A stretch of DNA of 64,000 bases from an uncultured Gemmatimonadales bacterium (GCA_963816355.1 CAWFKH010000006.1:32001-96000), one strand, 5' to 3'; positions 8,849 to 19,758 are shown, counted from the first letter of the stretch. Program-made: numbers and translations. The notes: a model not told the origin generated them from the letters alone.

Positions 8849-11530
8849 ATGGATGCCGATCGGCCCCCGTACCACGCGCTCGATGTCCCGAGCGCCCTCG
8901 CCCGCCTGAGCAGCGGCGGCGACGGGCTTTCATCGGCGGAAGCGGAGGCCCGTCTCGCGCGCTATGGGCCCAACGTCCTGAGGCCGGCCCGGCCGAGGCC
9001 GGCGTGGAAGATCCTGGTCGACCAGTTGCGCAGCCTGGTGGTGCTGCTCCTGGCCGGGGCCGCCGGCGTCGCGGTCGCGAGCGGCGATGCGCTCGACGCC
9101 GGCGCGATCGCCGCCGTCCTCCTGCTCAACACGCTCCTCGGCTTCGTCACCGAGATGCGCGCCCGGCGCGCGATGGAGGCGCTGCTGCGCCTGGAGGCTC
9201 CGCGCGCGGTGGTCCTGCGCGACGGCGCGCCCCGTGAGATCGCCGCGCGCGACGTCGTCCCCGGCGACGTCGTGCGGCTCGAGCCCGGCCAGTCGGTGAC
9301 GGCCGACGCGCGCGTCATCGGGGCAACGGATCTGCGGGTGGACGAGGCCGCGCTGACCGGGGAGTCGATGCCGGTGTCGAAGGCGCCGTCGCCCGTCGCG
9401 CTCGACGCGCCGCTGCCGGACCGCGCGAGCATGCTCTACAAGGGCACGGCGGTGGTGGCGGGAGCGGCGCTCGCGCTGGTGGTCGGCACGGGGATGCGGA
9501 CCGAGCTGGGTCGGATCGGCGAGCTGGTGGAGCACATCCCCGAGGAGCGGACGCCGCTGGAACGCCGTCTGGACGCGCTCGGCCGACGCCTCGTGCTGCT
9601 GGTCCTCGCCGTCGCCGCCGTCGTCGTCGGGGTCGGCATCCTCCAGGGGACGCCGCTCGCGTTGATGCTCGAGACCGGCATCGCGCTCGCGATCGCGGCC
9701 GTACCCGAAGGGCTTCCGGCCGTCGCCACGATCGCGCTGGCCGTCGGCGTCCGCCGCATGGCGCGGCGGCGAGCGCTGGTGCGGAGGCTGCCCTCCGTCG
9801 AGACGCTCGGCTCGGTCACCGTGATCTGCACCGACAAGACGGGCACCCTCACGGCCGGGGAGATGACGGCCACGGCGCTGTGGCTGGACGGCCGCGAGCT
9901 GCGCATCAGCGGGGCCGGGTACGGCCTCGAGGGCGAGTTCCTCGAAGACGGCCGGGCGGTGGACCCTCGAGAGGATCCGATCGGCGACGTCGCCCTTCGC
10001 ACCGCAGTGCTCGCGAATCGCGCCGGGCTCGAGGAGGGTGCGGGCGGCGGGCGCTTCCGCGGCGATCCGACGGAAGCGGCGCTGCTCGTGGCGGCGCGAA
10101 AGGGCGGCGTCGACCGGGAATCGGTCGGGGCGGCCTGGCCGGAGCTGGGCGAGGTGCCGTTCTCGAGCGAACGCGCGCTCATGGCGGCGTTCAACCAGGG
10201 GCCGGACGGCGCGCTCGTGGCGCACGCGAAGGGGGCGCCCGGCCGGATCCTCGACGTGTGCGATCGGGTCCTCACGCGCGACGGCGAGCGAGCGCTCGAC
10301 GACGAGCGGCGGCGGACGATCGAGTCGCTGAACGTCGCGATGGCCGGGCGCGGACAGCGCGTGCTCGGCCTGGCCTGCGGAGGTGTCGCTGCGGCGTCCG
10401 ACGATGCGCTGCACGGCCTTGCGTTCGTCGCGCTCGTGGGCCTGGCCGATCCGCCGGCGGCCGGCGTCCGCGAGACGATCCAGACGCTCCGGGGCGCGGG
10501 GATCCGGACCGTGATGATCACCGGGGACCAGGCGCCGACGGCGGCCGCGATCGCGCGCGACCTGGGCCTGGGCGGAACGGACGACGAGGTCCTCGGCGCC
10601 CGCGACCTGCAGCGGCTGAGCGAGGAGGCGCTGACGCGGAGGATCGGCCGTGTCGCCGTCTTCAGCCGGGTCAGCCCGGAGCAGAAGCTGGCGATCGTGT
10701 CGGCGTACCAGCGGGGCGGCGATGTCGTCGCGATGGTCGGGGACGGCGTCAACGACGCGGCGGCGCTCAAGAAGGCGGACGTGGGCGTGGCGATGGGGAT
10801 CCGCGGCACCGACGTCGCCAAGGAGTCCGCGGCGATCGTGCTGCAGGACGACCGCTTCCGCACGATCGCGGCGGCCGTCGAGGAAGGGCGGGTCATCTAC
10901 GACAACATCCGTAAGTTCGTCTTCTATCTGTTCAGCTGCAATCTGGCCGAAGTGCTGGTCCTGCTCGGCGCGGGGCTCGCGGGGCTGCCCCTGCCCCTCA
11001 CCCCGCTGCAGATCCTCTGGCTCAACCTGGTCACCGACACGTTCCCCGCGCTGGCGCTCGCCCTCGAGCCGGCGGAGCCCGATGTGATGCGACGACCGCC
11101 GCGCCGGCCCGACGCCGCCATCCTTTCGGCCGGCTTCCTCCGGGCCGTCGCGTTCTATGCGGTGCTGATCACCGCCGCGACCCTGCTCGCCTTCTGGCTC
11201 GCGGTCGCGGGGCCGCTCGCCGACCCGCAGCGCGCGCTCACGATCAGCTTCATTACGCTCGCCCTCGCTCAGGCCTTCCATCTCGGCAACGCCCGCAGCC
11301 ACGGCGCCGTGCTGGGTCGCGGCGCGCTTTCCAACCGCTACGCGCTGGGCGCCGTGGCACTCGTGGTGCTGCTCCAGCTCCTCGCGCTCTACGCGCCGCC
11401 CCTGACCGCCGTGCTCGACACGCGGCCGCTGCGCTGGCAGGAGTGGCTGATCGTGCTGCCGCTGTCCGCGCTGCCGGGCCTCGTCGGCCAGGCGGTCCGG
11501 CTGTGGACGGGCCGCCGGCGAGCCGGCTGA
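8849..11530 (+). CDS. P-type cation-transporting ATPase (type IIA, Ca2+-like)
   Basis: TGES, PEGLP, DKTGTLT, KGA, TGD, GDGVND, '[10 protein letters not shown]' motifs. Confidence 0.95.
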   Translation: MDADRPPYHALDVPSALARLSSGGDGLSSAEAEARLARYGPNVLRPARPRPAWKILVDQLRSLVVLLLAGAAGVAVASGDALDAGAIAAVLLLNTLLGFVTEMRARRAMEALLRLEAPRAVVLRDGAPREIAARDVVPGDVVRLEPGQSVTADARVIGATDLRVDEAALTGESMPVSKAPSPVALDAPLPDRASMLYKGTAVVAGAALALVVGTGMRTELGRIGELVEHIPEERTPLERRLDALGRRLVLLVLAVAAVVVGVGILQGTPLALMLETGIALAIAAVPEGLPAVATIALAVGVRRMARRRALVRRLPSVETLGSVTVICTDKTGTLTAGEMTATALWLDGRELRISGAGYGLEGEFLEDGRAVDPREDPIGDVALRTAVLANRAGLEEGAGGGRFRGDPTEAALLVAARKGGVDRESVGAAWPELGEVPFSSERALMAAFNQGPDGALVAHAKGAPGRILDVCDRVLTRDGERALDDERRRTIESLNVAMAGRGQRVLGLACGGVAAASDDALHGLAFVALVGLADPPAAGVRETIQTLRGAGIRTVMITGDQAPTAAAIARDLGLGGTDDEVLGARDLQRLSEEALTRRIGRVAVFSRVSPEQKLAIVSAYQRGGDVVAMVGDGVNDAAALKKADVGVAMGIRGTDVAKESAAIVLQDDRFRTIAAAVEEGRVIYDNIRKFVFYLFSCNLAEVLVLLGAGLAGLPLPLTPLQILWLNLVTDTFPALALALEPAEPDVMRRPPRRPDAAILSAGFLRAVAFYAVLITAATLLAFWLAVAGPLADPQRALTISFITLALAQAFHLGNARSHGAVLGRGALSNRYALGAVALVVLLQLLALYAPPLTAVLDTRPLRWQEWLIVLPLSALPGLVGQAVRLWTGRRRAG

Positions 11531-11532
11531 GG

Positions 11533-11634
11533 GTGATCCATCATCGCGCGCAGATCGGAGTCTACCTCCGACTCCTCGACCTGCCGGTGCCCGGCATGTA
11601 CGGACCTTCGGCCGACGAGGGGCTCGGCGGCTGA
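11533..11634 (+). pseudogene. 3' remnant of a DinB-family gene
   Basis: Translates VIHHRAQIGVYLRLLDLPVPGMYGPSADEGLGG*, the conserved DinB C-terminal motif, with no N-terminal part. Confidence 0.75.
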
Positions 11635-11665
11635 GCGCGGTCGACGGGGGCGCCGCGCGCCGGCC

Positions 11666-11695
11666 TTGACATATCTATCGATGTTGATGTATCAT
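11666..11695 (+). promoter_or_regulatory. sigma70 promoter of ars operon with overlapping ArsR-type operator
   Basis: TTGACA-N18-TATCAT; ATCTA-N6-TTGAT at 11673-11688; ATG 6 nt after -10 (leaderless). Confidence 0.8.
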
Positions 11696-11700
11696 CGCCC

Positions 11701-12105
11701 ATGATGATCTCGCCGACCCATGCGACTTCGCCGGATCCCGCGCCTTCGCCGGATCCCGCGCCTTCGCCGACCGCGGCGCCCTCGACCCCGCCGCGGCAGG
11801 CGCTGCTCCAGCGCTTCCAGGCCGTGGCCGAGGAGACGCGCTTCCGCCTCGTCCAGTTGCTGGCCGAAGGGGAGCGCTGCGTCTGTGAGCTCCAGGACGA
11901 GTTGGGTGCGGCCCAGTCGCGGCTCTCCTTCCACTTGAAGAAGCTGAAGGATGCGGGGGTCGTGGCGGACCGCCGCGACGGGCGCTGGGTGCACTACTCG
12001 CTGGTGCCGGATGCCCTGGAGGAGATGCGCGCGTTTCTGGGCGAGGTGAAGCCGCGCGACGGGTGGCTGCCGGTGGTGCGGCAGGGCGACTCCTGCTGCG
12101 ACTGA
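11701..12105 (+). CDS. arsR: ArsR/SmtB arsenic-responsive repressor
   Basis: 'ERCVCEL' As-binding motif, 'QSRLSFHL', 'RDGRWVHY', C-terminal CC. Confidence 0.9.
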   Translation: MMISPTHATSPDPAPSPDPAPSPTAAPSTPPRQALLQRFQAVAEETRFRLVQLLAEGERCVCELQDELGAAQSRLSFHLKKLKDAGVVADRRDGRWVHYSLVPDALEEMRAFLGEVKPRDGWLPVVRQGDSCCD

Positions 12106-12178
12106 GCGGGGGGCGGCCGCGCGCTTCGTGCTGCAGCCGCGGCGGCGCGGCGTGCGCGTTTTTTTCTTGCGCCGATAT

Positions 12179-12194
12179 ATCAACATTCATTGAT
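12179..12194 (+). promoter_or_regulatory. second ArsR-type operator upstream of arsM
   Basis: Inverted repeat ATCAA-cattca-TTGAT. Confidence 0.65.
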
Positions 12195-12203
12195 GCGGAG
12201 GCC

Positions 12204-13067
12204 ATGATGGGCGAGGATGTGAAGGCGGTGGTGCGGCAGAAGTACGGGGAGGCCGCGCTGCGGGTGGTGGCGGGGGAGAAGGGGACGTGCTGTGGGACGT
12301 CGTGCGGGTGGGGCGAGGCGAAGGCGGACGGCGGCTTCGCGGATCCGATCACGCGGGACCTTTACGACCCCGTGACGACGTCGGCGCTGCCGGAATCGGC
12401 GGTGCTGGCGTCGCTGGGGTGCGGCAACCCGACGGCTCTGGCGGAGCTGCGGGAGGGGGAGGTGGTGCTGGATCTGGGCAGCGGCGGCGGGATCGACGTG
12501 CTGCTCTCGGCGAAGCGGGTGGGGCCGACGGGGAAGGCGTACGGCCTGGACATGACGGACGAGATGCTGGCGCTGGCGCGTCGCAACGCGGCGGAGGCGG
12601 GCGCGGAGAACGTGGAGTTCGTGAAGGGGGAGATCGAGGCGATCCCGCTGCCGGACGCCAGCGTGGACGTGATCGTGAGCAATTGTGTGATCAACCTGTC
12701 GGCGGACAAGCGGCAGGTGCTGCGGGAGGCGTACCGGGTGCTGAAGCCGGGCGGCCGTTTCGCGGTGTCGGACGTGGTGGTGCGCGGCGAGGTGCCGGCG
12801 GAGATCCGTCGCAGCATGGAGCTGTGGGTGGGTTGCGTGGCGGGGGCGCTGGAGGAGAAGGAGTTCGAGGCGCTGCTCGTGGAGGCGGGGTTCGAGGAGG
12901 CGACCCTGGAGCCGACGCGGATCTACGAGCCGGAGGACGCGCGGTCGTTCCTGGAGGAGGCCGGCCTGGACGTGGACGCGTTCAGGGACGCGGTCGAAGG
13001 TCGGTTCATGTCGGCGTTCGTGCGGGCGCGGAAGCCGCTGAGGCCGTCCGCGGCGGCGCTGGAGTGA
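12204..13067 (+). CDS. arsM: arsenite S-adenosylmethionine methyltransferase
   Basis: 'SLGCGNP', '[11 protein letters not shown]', 'SNCVINL', 'WVGCVAGAL', N-terminal CC. Confidence 0.95.
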   Translation: MMGEDVKAVVRQKYGEAALRVVAGEKGTCCGTSCGWGEAKADGGFADPITRDLYDPVTTSALPESAVLASLGCGNPTALAELREGEVVLDLGSGGGIDVLLSAKRVGPTGKAYGLDMTDEMLALARRNAAEAGAENVEFVKGEIEAIPLPDASVDVIVSNCVINLSADKRQVLREAYRVLKPGGRFAVSDVVVRGEVPAEIRRSMELWVGCVAGALEEKEFEALLVEAGFEEATLEPTRIYEPEDARSFLEEAGLDVDAFRDAVEGRFMSAFVRARKPLRPSAAALE

Positions 13068-13073
13068 TCCCGG

Positions 13074-13847
13074 ATGGAGTACGCTCTGATCAGTGACATC
13101 CATGGGAATCTGCCGGCGCTGGAGGCGGTGCTGGCGGATCTCGATGGGCGGGACGACGTCGAGGCGGTCTACCACCTGGGCGACCTCGTCGGCTACGCGC
13201 CGTGGCCGAACGAGGTGGTGGCGACGCTCCGGGAGCGGTCGATCCCCGGCGTCGCCGGGAACTACGACTCCACCACCGCCACGGACTACGAGCACTGCGG
13301 CTGCATGTACGAGGACGCCTGGCAGGCGGAGCTGAGCCACCTCAGCTACGCGTGGACCCGCGCCCACGTCTCGGCGGCGACGAAGCGCTGGCTCGCGGGC
13401 CTGCCGTTCCGCATCGACGTCCGGCCGCTGGGCGGCCACACCGCCGGTCCGCGGCTGATCCTCGTGCACGGCAACCCGGTGCTGAACACGGTCTACTGGA
13501 GCGAGGACCGCTCCGACGCCTTCTGTCTCCAGATGGCCGAGCGGCTGGGCGGCAGGGCGGGCGACGTGGTGGCGTTCGGCCACACGCACAGGCCGTGGCA
13601 CCGGGTGGTGGACGGAATCCACTTCGTCAACGCCGGTTCGGTGGGGCGGCCGAAGGACGGCGACTGGCGCGCGGGATACGTGCGGGTGGAGTTGGGCGGG
13701 GAAGCGGTGGGCGTCGAGTTCGCCCGCGTCGAGTACGACCTGGAGCGGGCGGCGGAGGCGATCCGCGGGAGCGGTCTGCCGGACGACTTCGCGGCGCACC
13801 TGGAGACGGGCGGCCTGCCGAACCCTCGCGCCGGGGACGTCGGTTGA
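13074..13847 (+). CDS. calcineurin-like metallophosphoesterase in ars operon
   Basis: SDIHGN, GDLVGY, GNYD, HG, GHTH, NAGSVG motifs. Confidence 0.9.
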   Translation: MEYALISDIHGNLPALEAVLADLDGRDDVEAVYHLGDLVGYAPWPNEVVATLRERSIPGVAGNYDSTTATDYEHCGCMYEDAWQAELSHLSYAWTRAHVSAATKRWLAGLPFRIDVRPLGGHTAGPRLILVHGNPVLNTVYWSEDRSDAFCLQMAERLGGRAGDVVAFGHTHRPWHRVVDGIHFVNAGSVGRPKDGDWRAGYVRVELGGEAVGVEFARVEYDLERAAEAIRGSGLPDDFAAHLETGGLPNPRAGDVG

Positions 13848-13890
13848 CGGCATGCAGGCGCGCGGACGTGGCTCGAGGAGCGGGAGAGCG

Positions 13891-15012
13891 ATGATGGCGG
13901 AGCAGCCGAGCGTGGGACGGCGGATGTCGTTCCTGGACCGGTACCTGACCGCGTGGATCTTCCTGGCCATGGCCGTGGGGGTCGGCCTCGGGTATCTGTG
14001 GCCGGCGCCGGTCACGGCCATCGCCGCGGCGACGCAGGTGGGGACGACGTCGATTCCGATCGCCATCGGACTGATCCTGATGATGTACCCGCCGCTGGCC
14101 AAGGTGCGCTACGAGGAGCTCGGCGACGTGTTCCGGGACTGGAAGGTGCTCGGCCTGTCGCTGGTGCAGAACTGGATCGTCGGACCGCTGCTCATGTTCG
14201 CTCTCGCCGTCCTGTTCCTGCGGCACCACCCCGAGCTCATGGTGGGACTGATCCTGATCGGACTCGCCCGCTGCATCGCCATGGTGATCGTCTGGAACGA
14301 GCTCGCGGAGGGCGACAACGAGTACGCGGCGGGCCTCGTCGCCTTCAACTCGATCTTTCAGGTGCTGTTCTACTCCGTCTACGCCTGGGTCTTCATCACC
14401 GTCGTGCCCCGGTGGATGGGGCTTCAGGGCACCGTCGTCGACGTGACCGTGGGGCAGATCGCCGCCAGCGTCGCCATCTACCTGGGCGTCCCGTTCCTCG
14501 CCGGCATGCTGACCCGCTTCGTGCTGGTTCGGGCGAGGGGAAGGGCGTGGTACCACCAGCGGTTCATCCCGAAGATCAGCCCGCTGACGCTGATCGCGCT
14601 CCTGTTCACGATCGTGGTGATGTTCTCGATCCAGGGGAAGGCGATCGTGCAGCAGCCGTCAAGGGTGGTGCTCGTCGCGGTCCCGCTGCTCATCTACTTC
14701 CTGGCCATGTTCGCCATCACGTTCTTCATGAGCCGCGCCGTGGGGGCCAGCTACCCGCAGACGGCCACACTGTCCTTCACCGCGGCTTCGAACAACTTCG
14801 AGCTCGCGATCGCCGTCGCTGTGGGGACGTTCGGGATCGCCCACGGCTCCGCCTTCGCGGCCGTCATCGGACCGCTCGTGGAGGTGCCGGTCCTCATCGC
14901 GCTCGTGAACGTCGCACTGTGGTGGAAGCGGAAATTCTTCCCGACGTCGGAGGCCGCCATCGCGGCCGTCTCCAACTGCGCGGTGCCGTCCGCGGTCGGG
15001 CCGCGATCCTGA
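13891..15012 (+). CDS. acr3: ACR3-family arsenite efflux transporter
   Basis: 'LDRYLTAWI', 'MMYPPLAKV', 'ARCIAMV', 'NNFELAIAV', 'GPLVEVP'. Confidence 0.95.
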   Translation: MMAEQPSVGRRMSFLDRYLTAWIFLAMAVGVGLGYLWPAPVTAIAAATQVGTTSIPIAIGLILMMYPPLAKVRYEELGDVFRDWKVLGLSLVQNWIVGPLLMFALAVLFLRHHPELMVGLILIGLARCIAMVIVWNELAEGDNEYAAGLVAFNSIFQVLFYSVYAWVFITVVPRWMGLQGTVVDVTVGQIAASVAIYLGVPFLAGMLTRFVLVRARGRAWYHQRFIPKISPLTLIALLFTIVVMFSIQGKAIVQQPSRVVLVAVPLLIYFLAMFAITFFMSRAVGASYPQTATLSFTAASNNFELAIAVAVGTFGIAHGSAFAAVIGPLVEVPVLIALVNVALWWKRKFFPTSEAAIAAVSNCAVPSAVGPRS

Positions 15013-15173
15013 GCCGAAGGGGTGAGCGCTCCCGGACTCGGGCGGCCCGAGCGCGCCGCGTCGGACGGATGGGCGGTGACGGCGGCCGGCGGCGCAGCCC
15101 GGCCGCCCAGCCCCGCCGCGGCGGGCCGGCGGCGCAGCCCGACGCGCTTGCGCTGCGCGGCGCGGCGGTTAGA

Positions 15174-15185
15174 TTTCATGTGAAA
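15174..15185. promoter_or_regulatory. palindromic operator upstream of TA pair
   Basis: TTTCA-TG-TGAAA in an AT-rich patch upstream of the antitoxin. Confidence 0.5.
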
Positions 15186-15217
15186 ATAATCGGATCAATC
15201 GTTGCACCAGGAGGCCC

Positions 15218-15589
15218 ATGCACCGCCGCGCCCATGCCGCGCCGGAGCCGGCGAGCATCGTGAGCCGGGCGGTCCGCTCGGCGGCGGTGCGGCTGGGGCT
15301 GCGCAACCGCGACCTCGCCGCGGTACTGGGGACGAGCGAGGCATCGGTGTCGCGGCTGAAGGGTGGGCGCGGCATCGATCCGGGGACGAAGGAAGGGGAG
15401 CTGGCGTTGTTGTTCCTGCGGCTGTTCCGGAGCCTGGACGCGCTGGTGGGCGGGGACGAAGCGCGGGCGCGGGCGTGGTTGCACGCGGAGAACCGGCACG
15501 TGGGCGGGGTGCCGGCGGTGCGGATCCGGAGCGTGGAGGGGCTGATCGATGTCGTCCAGTATCTGGACGCGATGCGCGGGCGACTCTGA
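15218..15589 (+). CDS. Xre/MbcA/ParS-type antitoxin
   Basis: N-terminal HTH, 'RLFRSLDALVG', 'ARAWL...N', 'YLDAMRG'; overlaps RES gene. Confidence 0.85.
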   Translation: MHRRAHAAPEPASIVSRAVRSAAVRLGLRNRDLAAVLGTSEASVSRLKGGRGIDPGTKEGELALLFLRLFRSLDALVGGDEARARAWLHAENRHVGGVPAVRIRSVEGLIDVVQYLDAMRGRL

Positions 15590-16304
15590 GCTCCGGGCGC
15601 TGCGGTCCGAGCCGTGGCGGGTCGTGGAAGCGCAGCACAGGGTGTCGACGCGGAAGCTGGTGGGCAGCGACGCGGAGCAGGCGGTTCTGGAGGATCTGAT
15701 CGAGGGAGTGAAGCCGCCGGACCGGACGGACGGGGTCCTGCACTATCTGCTGGCGACGCCGTTCCGCTACCCGCCGCTGCGGCACGGATCGCGTTTCAGC
15801 GGCCGCCACGAGCCGGGGATCTGGTACGGCGCGGAGACGCTGGACGGCGCGTTCGCGGAGGTTGCGTACTACCGCCTGTTGTTCCTGGAGGGGACGGCGG
15901 CGGAACTGGACGGGGTGGCGACGGAGGTGACGGCGTTTCGCGCCGACGTACGCACGGACCGGGGCGTCGACCTGGCTGCCGGTTGCTTCCGGGAGCATCG
16001 CGCGGCGATCGCCTCGGCGGCATCGTACCGTTCGACGCAGGCGCTCGGCGAGGCGATGCGCGGGGCGGGGGTGGAGGCGTTCCGCTACCCTTCGGCGCGC
16101 GACCCGGCCGGCGGTGTCAACGTGGGCGTGCTGGCGCCGTCGGCGGTCGGGCGTCGCGCGCCGCGGGCGTTCGAGACATGGCACTGCGTGGCGACGCGCG
16201 CGCGGGTCGAGTTGCGCAAGCTGGACTGGTTCGGCCGTCGGGCGGTGGCATTCGAGAGGGAGACGTTCGTCGTGGACGGCCGGTTTCCGGCGCCCGCGGT
16301 GTGA
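15549..16304 (+). CDS. RES-family toxin (NAD+-consuming)
   Basis: 'TPFRYPP..GSRF', 'WYGAE...AFAEVAYY', 'RYPSAR'. Confidence 0.85.
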   Translation: MSSSIWTRCAGDSELRALRSEPWRVVEAQHRVSTRKLVGSDAEQAVLEDLIEGVKPPDRTDGVLHYLLATPFRYPPLRHGSRFSGRHEPGIWYGAETLDGAFAEVAYYRLLFLEGTAAELDGVATEVTAFRADVRTDRGVDLAAGCFREHRAAIASAASYRSTQALGEAMRGAGVEAFRYPSARDPAGGVNVGVLAPSAVGRRAPRAFETWHCVATRARVELRKLDWFGRRAVAFERETFVVDGRFPAPAV

Positions 16305-16407
16305 CGGCCGCGGCGGCGTCACATCCTGCGGGCCCGGCTGAGCCGCGCGCGGCGTCGTCGCAAGCGGGTCCGACTCCGTCCGGCGAGCGGGCGCAACGAA
16401 GGAGGGA

Positions 16408-16956
16408 GTGAGCGTGGAGAATCTGAAGGGCCGGCTTCTCGTCTCCGGTGGCCGTCTGCTCGACCCGAACTTCCGCCAGACGGTGGTGCTGATCGGCGAG
16501 CACGACGAACGCGGCGCCGTGGGAGTCGTCCTCAACCGGCCGCTGGACGTCAGCGTGGAACGGGCGGTCCCCGCGCTCGCCGGCCTCGCCGGTCCGGGGG
16601 AGGCGCTCTTCCGCGGCGGCCCCGTGGAGCCGGACCAGGCGGTGCTCCTGGTCGAGGTGGCGGACGCCGGCGTCCTCGACGTACCGGTGTTCGGGTCCGT
16701 GGGCTTCCTGACCGGAGACGTGCCGTCGGCCGTCCAGCCGGAGGTGCGCCGCGCGCGCGTCTACGTCGGCCACGCCGGCTGGGGTCCCGGCCAGCTCGAG
16801 GCGGAGCTGGCGAGCGACGCGTGGATCGTCGACGACGCCGACGCCGGCGACATCTTCACCGCCGAGCCGGGCTCGCTGTGGCGTCGCGTGCTCGAGCGGA
16901 AGGGCCCCCGCTACGCGACCCTCGCCCGGATCCCGTTCGACCCGTCGATGAACTGA
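16408..16956 (+). CDS. YqgE/AlgH family protein
   Basis: 'DPNFRQTVVL', 'GVVLNRP', 'GGPV', 'GHAGWGPGQLE.E'. Confidence 0.9.
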   Translation: MSVENLKGRLLVSGGRLLDPNFRQTVVLIGEHDERGAVGVVLNRPLDVSVERAVPALAGLAGPGEALFRGGPVEPDQAVLLVEVADAGVLDVPVFGSVGFLTGDVPSAVQPEVRRARVYVGHAGWGPGQLEAELASDAWIVDDADAGDIFTAEPGSLWRRVLERKGPRYATLARIPFDPSMN

Positions 16957-17009
16957 GCGTCGTCGCGCGGCGTTCGCGCGGGTGCTTCGCGCGGGCGCCT
17001 CGCGAGGAC

Positions 17010-18557
17010 TCAGTGCCTGGCGAACATCGCCTCCACGTCCTTGTGGAGCGCGGCCTGGCTGTCGGAACGGGTGTAGAACATGTGTCCGCCGGGGTACTCG
17101 TGAACGCTCACGCGCGTCGAGTCGCCCATCACCGGCATCTGGTCCACGGTCAGCACCGACCCCATGAAGGGGCACGAGAGGTCGTTCCAGCCGTGCACGA
17201 TCATGACGCGCAGCTTCGGGTCGGCGGCGACGGCCTCGCGGAGGTCGGGCACCGCGCCGGCGCGCAGCGACCGGCTGTCGCGGTCCCACTGCCCGTTCAC
17301 CTCGTAGCTGAGGGCGTGGTAGGGGCCGCTGGCGTGCCAGCCGACGACGCGCGTGACGAAGTCGACCATCGCGGTCGTGGTCGGCGCGATGATGCTCTCG
17401 AGGAGCGGATCGTTGCTGCGCTGCTGCGGCGCGTACGGGAACGGGTCCGGCGCGGTCACGTTCGAGTCGTAGACGCTGCCGATGGCGCCCTGCTCCCGGT
17501 GCACCTCGCGCAGGTAGGCACCGATGTCGATGCGGCCGCCGGCGTGGCGCACGAAGTCCTCGTCGAGCCCCGTGAGCTCCGTCACGCGGTCGATCATCGC
17601 CGAGAGGGCCTGCGGATCGGAGCGTCCCTTGAGCAGCGTCGTCGCGTAGTCGCCGCGCGCGTAGGCGACGACGTCCGCCATCGCCTGCGGCGTGAGCGCG
17701 TGCCGGCGCTCGAGGTTCGCCGCGGCCATCGACGGCAGCGTCACGATCCACGGCAGCGGCGAGAGGTCGCCGTTCTCGTCGATCGCCGGGTTCAGGTAGG
17801 GCGACACCGCGACGATGCCGTTCACCGCGACGCCGACCTGACTCTGCAGCCAGTGCGCGATGCGCGGCACGCGGTAGCCGCCGTAGCTTTCGCCGGTCAG
17901 GTACTTCCGCGACTGCAGCCGCCCGTTCCTGACGAGCCAGTCGAAGACGGCGCGCGAGAGGTAGTGAATGTCGCCGTCGGTGCTGTAGAAGTCGCGCTTC
18001 GTCGCGTCGGCGGCCTCCAGCGAGCGGCTGTAGCCGGTGCCCACCGGATCGATGAAGACGAGGTCCGTGAAGTCCAGCCAGGTTCCCGGATTGTCGGTGA
18101 GCGTCGCGGGATCGGACGGGCTGTCTCCCTGGTCGCCGAACGCGATGTGCTTGGGGCCGATCGCGCCCAGGTTCAGATAGACCGACGAGGCGCCCGGACC
18201 GCCGTTGAACGCGAACGTCACCGGCCGGTTCGGGCCGTCCACCACGTAGGACGTGTAGACGACTTCGGCAGTCTTGGTGCCGTCGGCGCCGTAGACCGGG
18301 ATCGTGCCGACCGTCGCCCTGTAGCGCAGCGTGCGGCCGTTCACCTGGATCGTCTGGTCGACGCCCGCGTCGGGCGGCAGCGGCGGCAGCTTTTCGGACG
18401 ACGACGCCTCCGCCGCCTTCGTCGCCGCGCCGGCCGGCGCCGGCGGCGCCGCGGGCCTCGTCTGCTGCGCGGACGCGCCCGGCGCCGCGAGGAGCACGCA
18501 CAGCGCGCCGGCGGCCGCGGCCGCCGCGGCGGAACGACCCGTCGATGTGGAGGTCAT
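17010..18557 (-). CDS. secreted S10 serine carboxypeptidase
   Basis: 'FNGGPG', 'DPVGTGYS', 'GESYGG', 'GGHMFY'; signal peptide. Confidence 0.9.
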   Translation of the reverse strand: MTSTSTGRSAAAAAAAGALCVLLAAPGASAQQTRPAAPPAPAGAATKAAEASSSEKLPPLPPDAGVDQTIQVNGRTLRYRATVGTIPVYGADGTKTAEVVYTSYVVDGPNRPVTFAFNGGPGASSVYLNLGAIGPKHIAFGDQGDSPSDPATLTDNPGTWLDFTDLVFIDPVGTGYSRSLEAADATKRDFYSTDGDIHYLSRAVFDWLVRNGRLQSRKYLTGESYGGYRVPRIAHWLQSQVGVAVNGIVAVSPYLNPAIDENGDLSPLPWIVTLPSMAAANLERRHALTPQAMADVVAYARGDYATTLLKGRSDPQALSAMIDRVTELTGLDEDFVRHAGGRIDIGAYLREVHREQGAIGSVYDSNVTAPDPFPYAPQQRSNDPLLESIIAPTTTAMVDFVTRVVGWHASGPYHALSYEVNGQWDRDSRSLRAGAVPDLREAVAADPKLRVMIVHGWNDLSCPFMGSVLTVDQMPVMGDSTRVSVHEYPGGHMFYTRSDSQAALHKDVEAMFARH

Positions 18558-18775
18558 CTTCTCAGCCTGTCGGGGTGGTCAATCAGAGCGCCGCGAGGGC
18601 GGTGGCGAAGGATCGGCCGTCGCGAGCGGCCGGTCAAGGACTGGTGGTGCGGCGGCCGCCTTGCGTGCGCCGGTCGAGGCGCCCCATCTGAGCCATGGAC
18701 GCCACGTCGCCGCGCCGTCGGAGCGGCGAGGCCGTGAACCGGCGAGGCGTTTCCGTTTCCCTTTCCCGAGGCCGT

Positions 18776-19408
18776 ATGCCCGTCGATCGCGGAGCCGTCG
18801 ACCAGCAGCTCCAGGATATCGGTGAGGGTTCGCACTGGTGGGACGTGCGCGAGCTGCGGCACCTCCCCGCGGTGCTCCAGGAGGAGGAGCGCATCCTCGC
18901 GATCGGGCGCGCGAGGATCGCGCGCATGCGCTGGATGCGCCGCGCCTGGCTCGTCGTCGTGACCGATCGGCGGCTCCTCTTTCTGCGCTCTGGTGCGCGC
19001 TCGAGCTGGAGGCAGCTCGAGGTGCCGGTGCGCGAGATCACGCGCGTCACCCTCCGCATCGGCCCGTTTCGCGGGCGCGTGCGCGTGCTCGCCGCGGCGG
19101 AAAAGTACCGGCTGCTGCTGCAGCGCCACGACGCCAGCAAGGTCGCTTCCGCCCTCGCGCTCGTCGACGCCCCCGCCAACCAGGTCGCGAGCGCGTTCGG
19201 ACCCGTCCGCATGCTGCGCCAGGTGGTAGACCACATGATGGCGCTGCCTGCCGTGGCGCTCGACACCGCCCGGGCGTTGCCGCCCGCTCAGCCCGAGATG
19301 GACGAGTCGCGGCGTCGCATCGAGGCACTCGAGGAGCAGGTCCAGCAGCTTCAACGGCAGGTCGATTTCCTCGAGGAGCTGCTGCGCCGGCGACAGGAAG
19401 GGGACTGA
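18776..19408 (+). CDS. bacterial PH-domain protein with C-terminal coiled coil
   Basis: 'EERILAI', 'LVVVTDRRLLFL' PH-like pattern; 'RIEALEEQVQQLQRQVDFLE'. Confidence 0.65.
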   Translation: MPVDRGAVDQQLQDIGEGSHWWDVRELRHLPAVLQEEERILAIGRARIARMRWMRRAWLVVVTDRRLLFLRSGARSSWRQLEVPVREITRVTLRIGPFRGRVRVLAAAEKYRLLLQRHDASKVASALALVDAPANQVASAFGPVRMLRQVVDHMMALPAVALDTARALPPAQPEMDESRRRIEALEEQVQQLQRQVDFLEELLRRRQEGD

Positions 19409-19512
19409 GCGTCCGGCTGGCGACCTGCTGCCGCTAGCGTCGCGTCGACCCCGTGGAGGCCTGCGCGCCGCGTGAGGCCGAGGTGCCCCGCGCGGGGCAC
19501 GCGCCGGACGGG

Positions 19513-19758
19513 TCAGGGGCGGGGCGCCGCATCGCCCTGCCGGGCGGCGAGGGTGTCCAGGTCCCGTCGGATCGCGTCGAGGCTGTCCACCACCCTCTCC
19601 ATCTGGGAGTGCAGTGGCCGCAGGTCTGCGGGGGCCGCGGTTTCGAGGGCGCGTCGGATCCGCGCCGCCCATCGAGCCACGAGGAACACCGCGACGAACG
19701 GCGCCGCGTAGAGGGCGATGAAGAGGATCTCGACGAGCAGGGTTTCGAATTCGTTCAT
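19513..19758 (-). CDS. small single-TM hypothetical protein
   Basis: MNEFETLLVEILFIALYAAPFVAVFLVARW followed by a coiled-coil-like tail; purine-rich RBS. Confidence 0.6.
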   Translation of the reverse strand: MNEFETLLVEILFIALYAAPFVAVFLVARWAARIRRALETAAPADLRPLHSQMERVVDSLDAIRRDLDTLAARQGDAAPRP

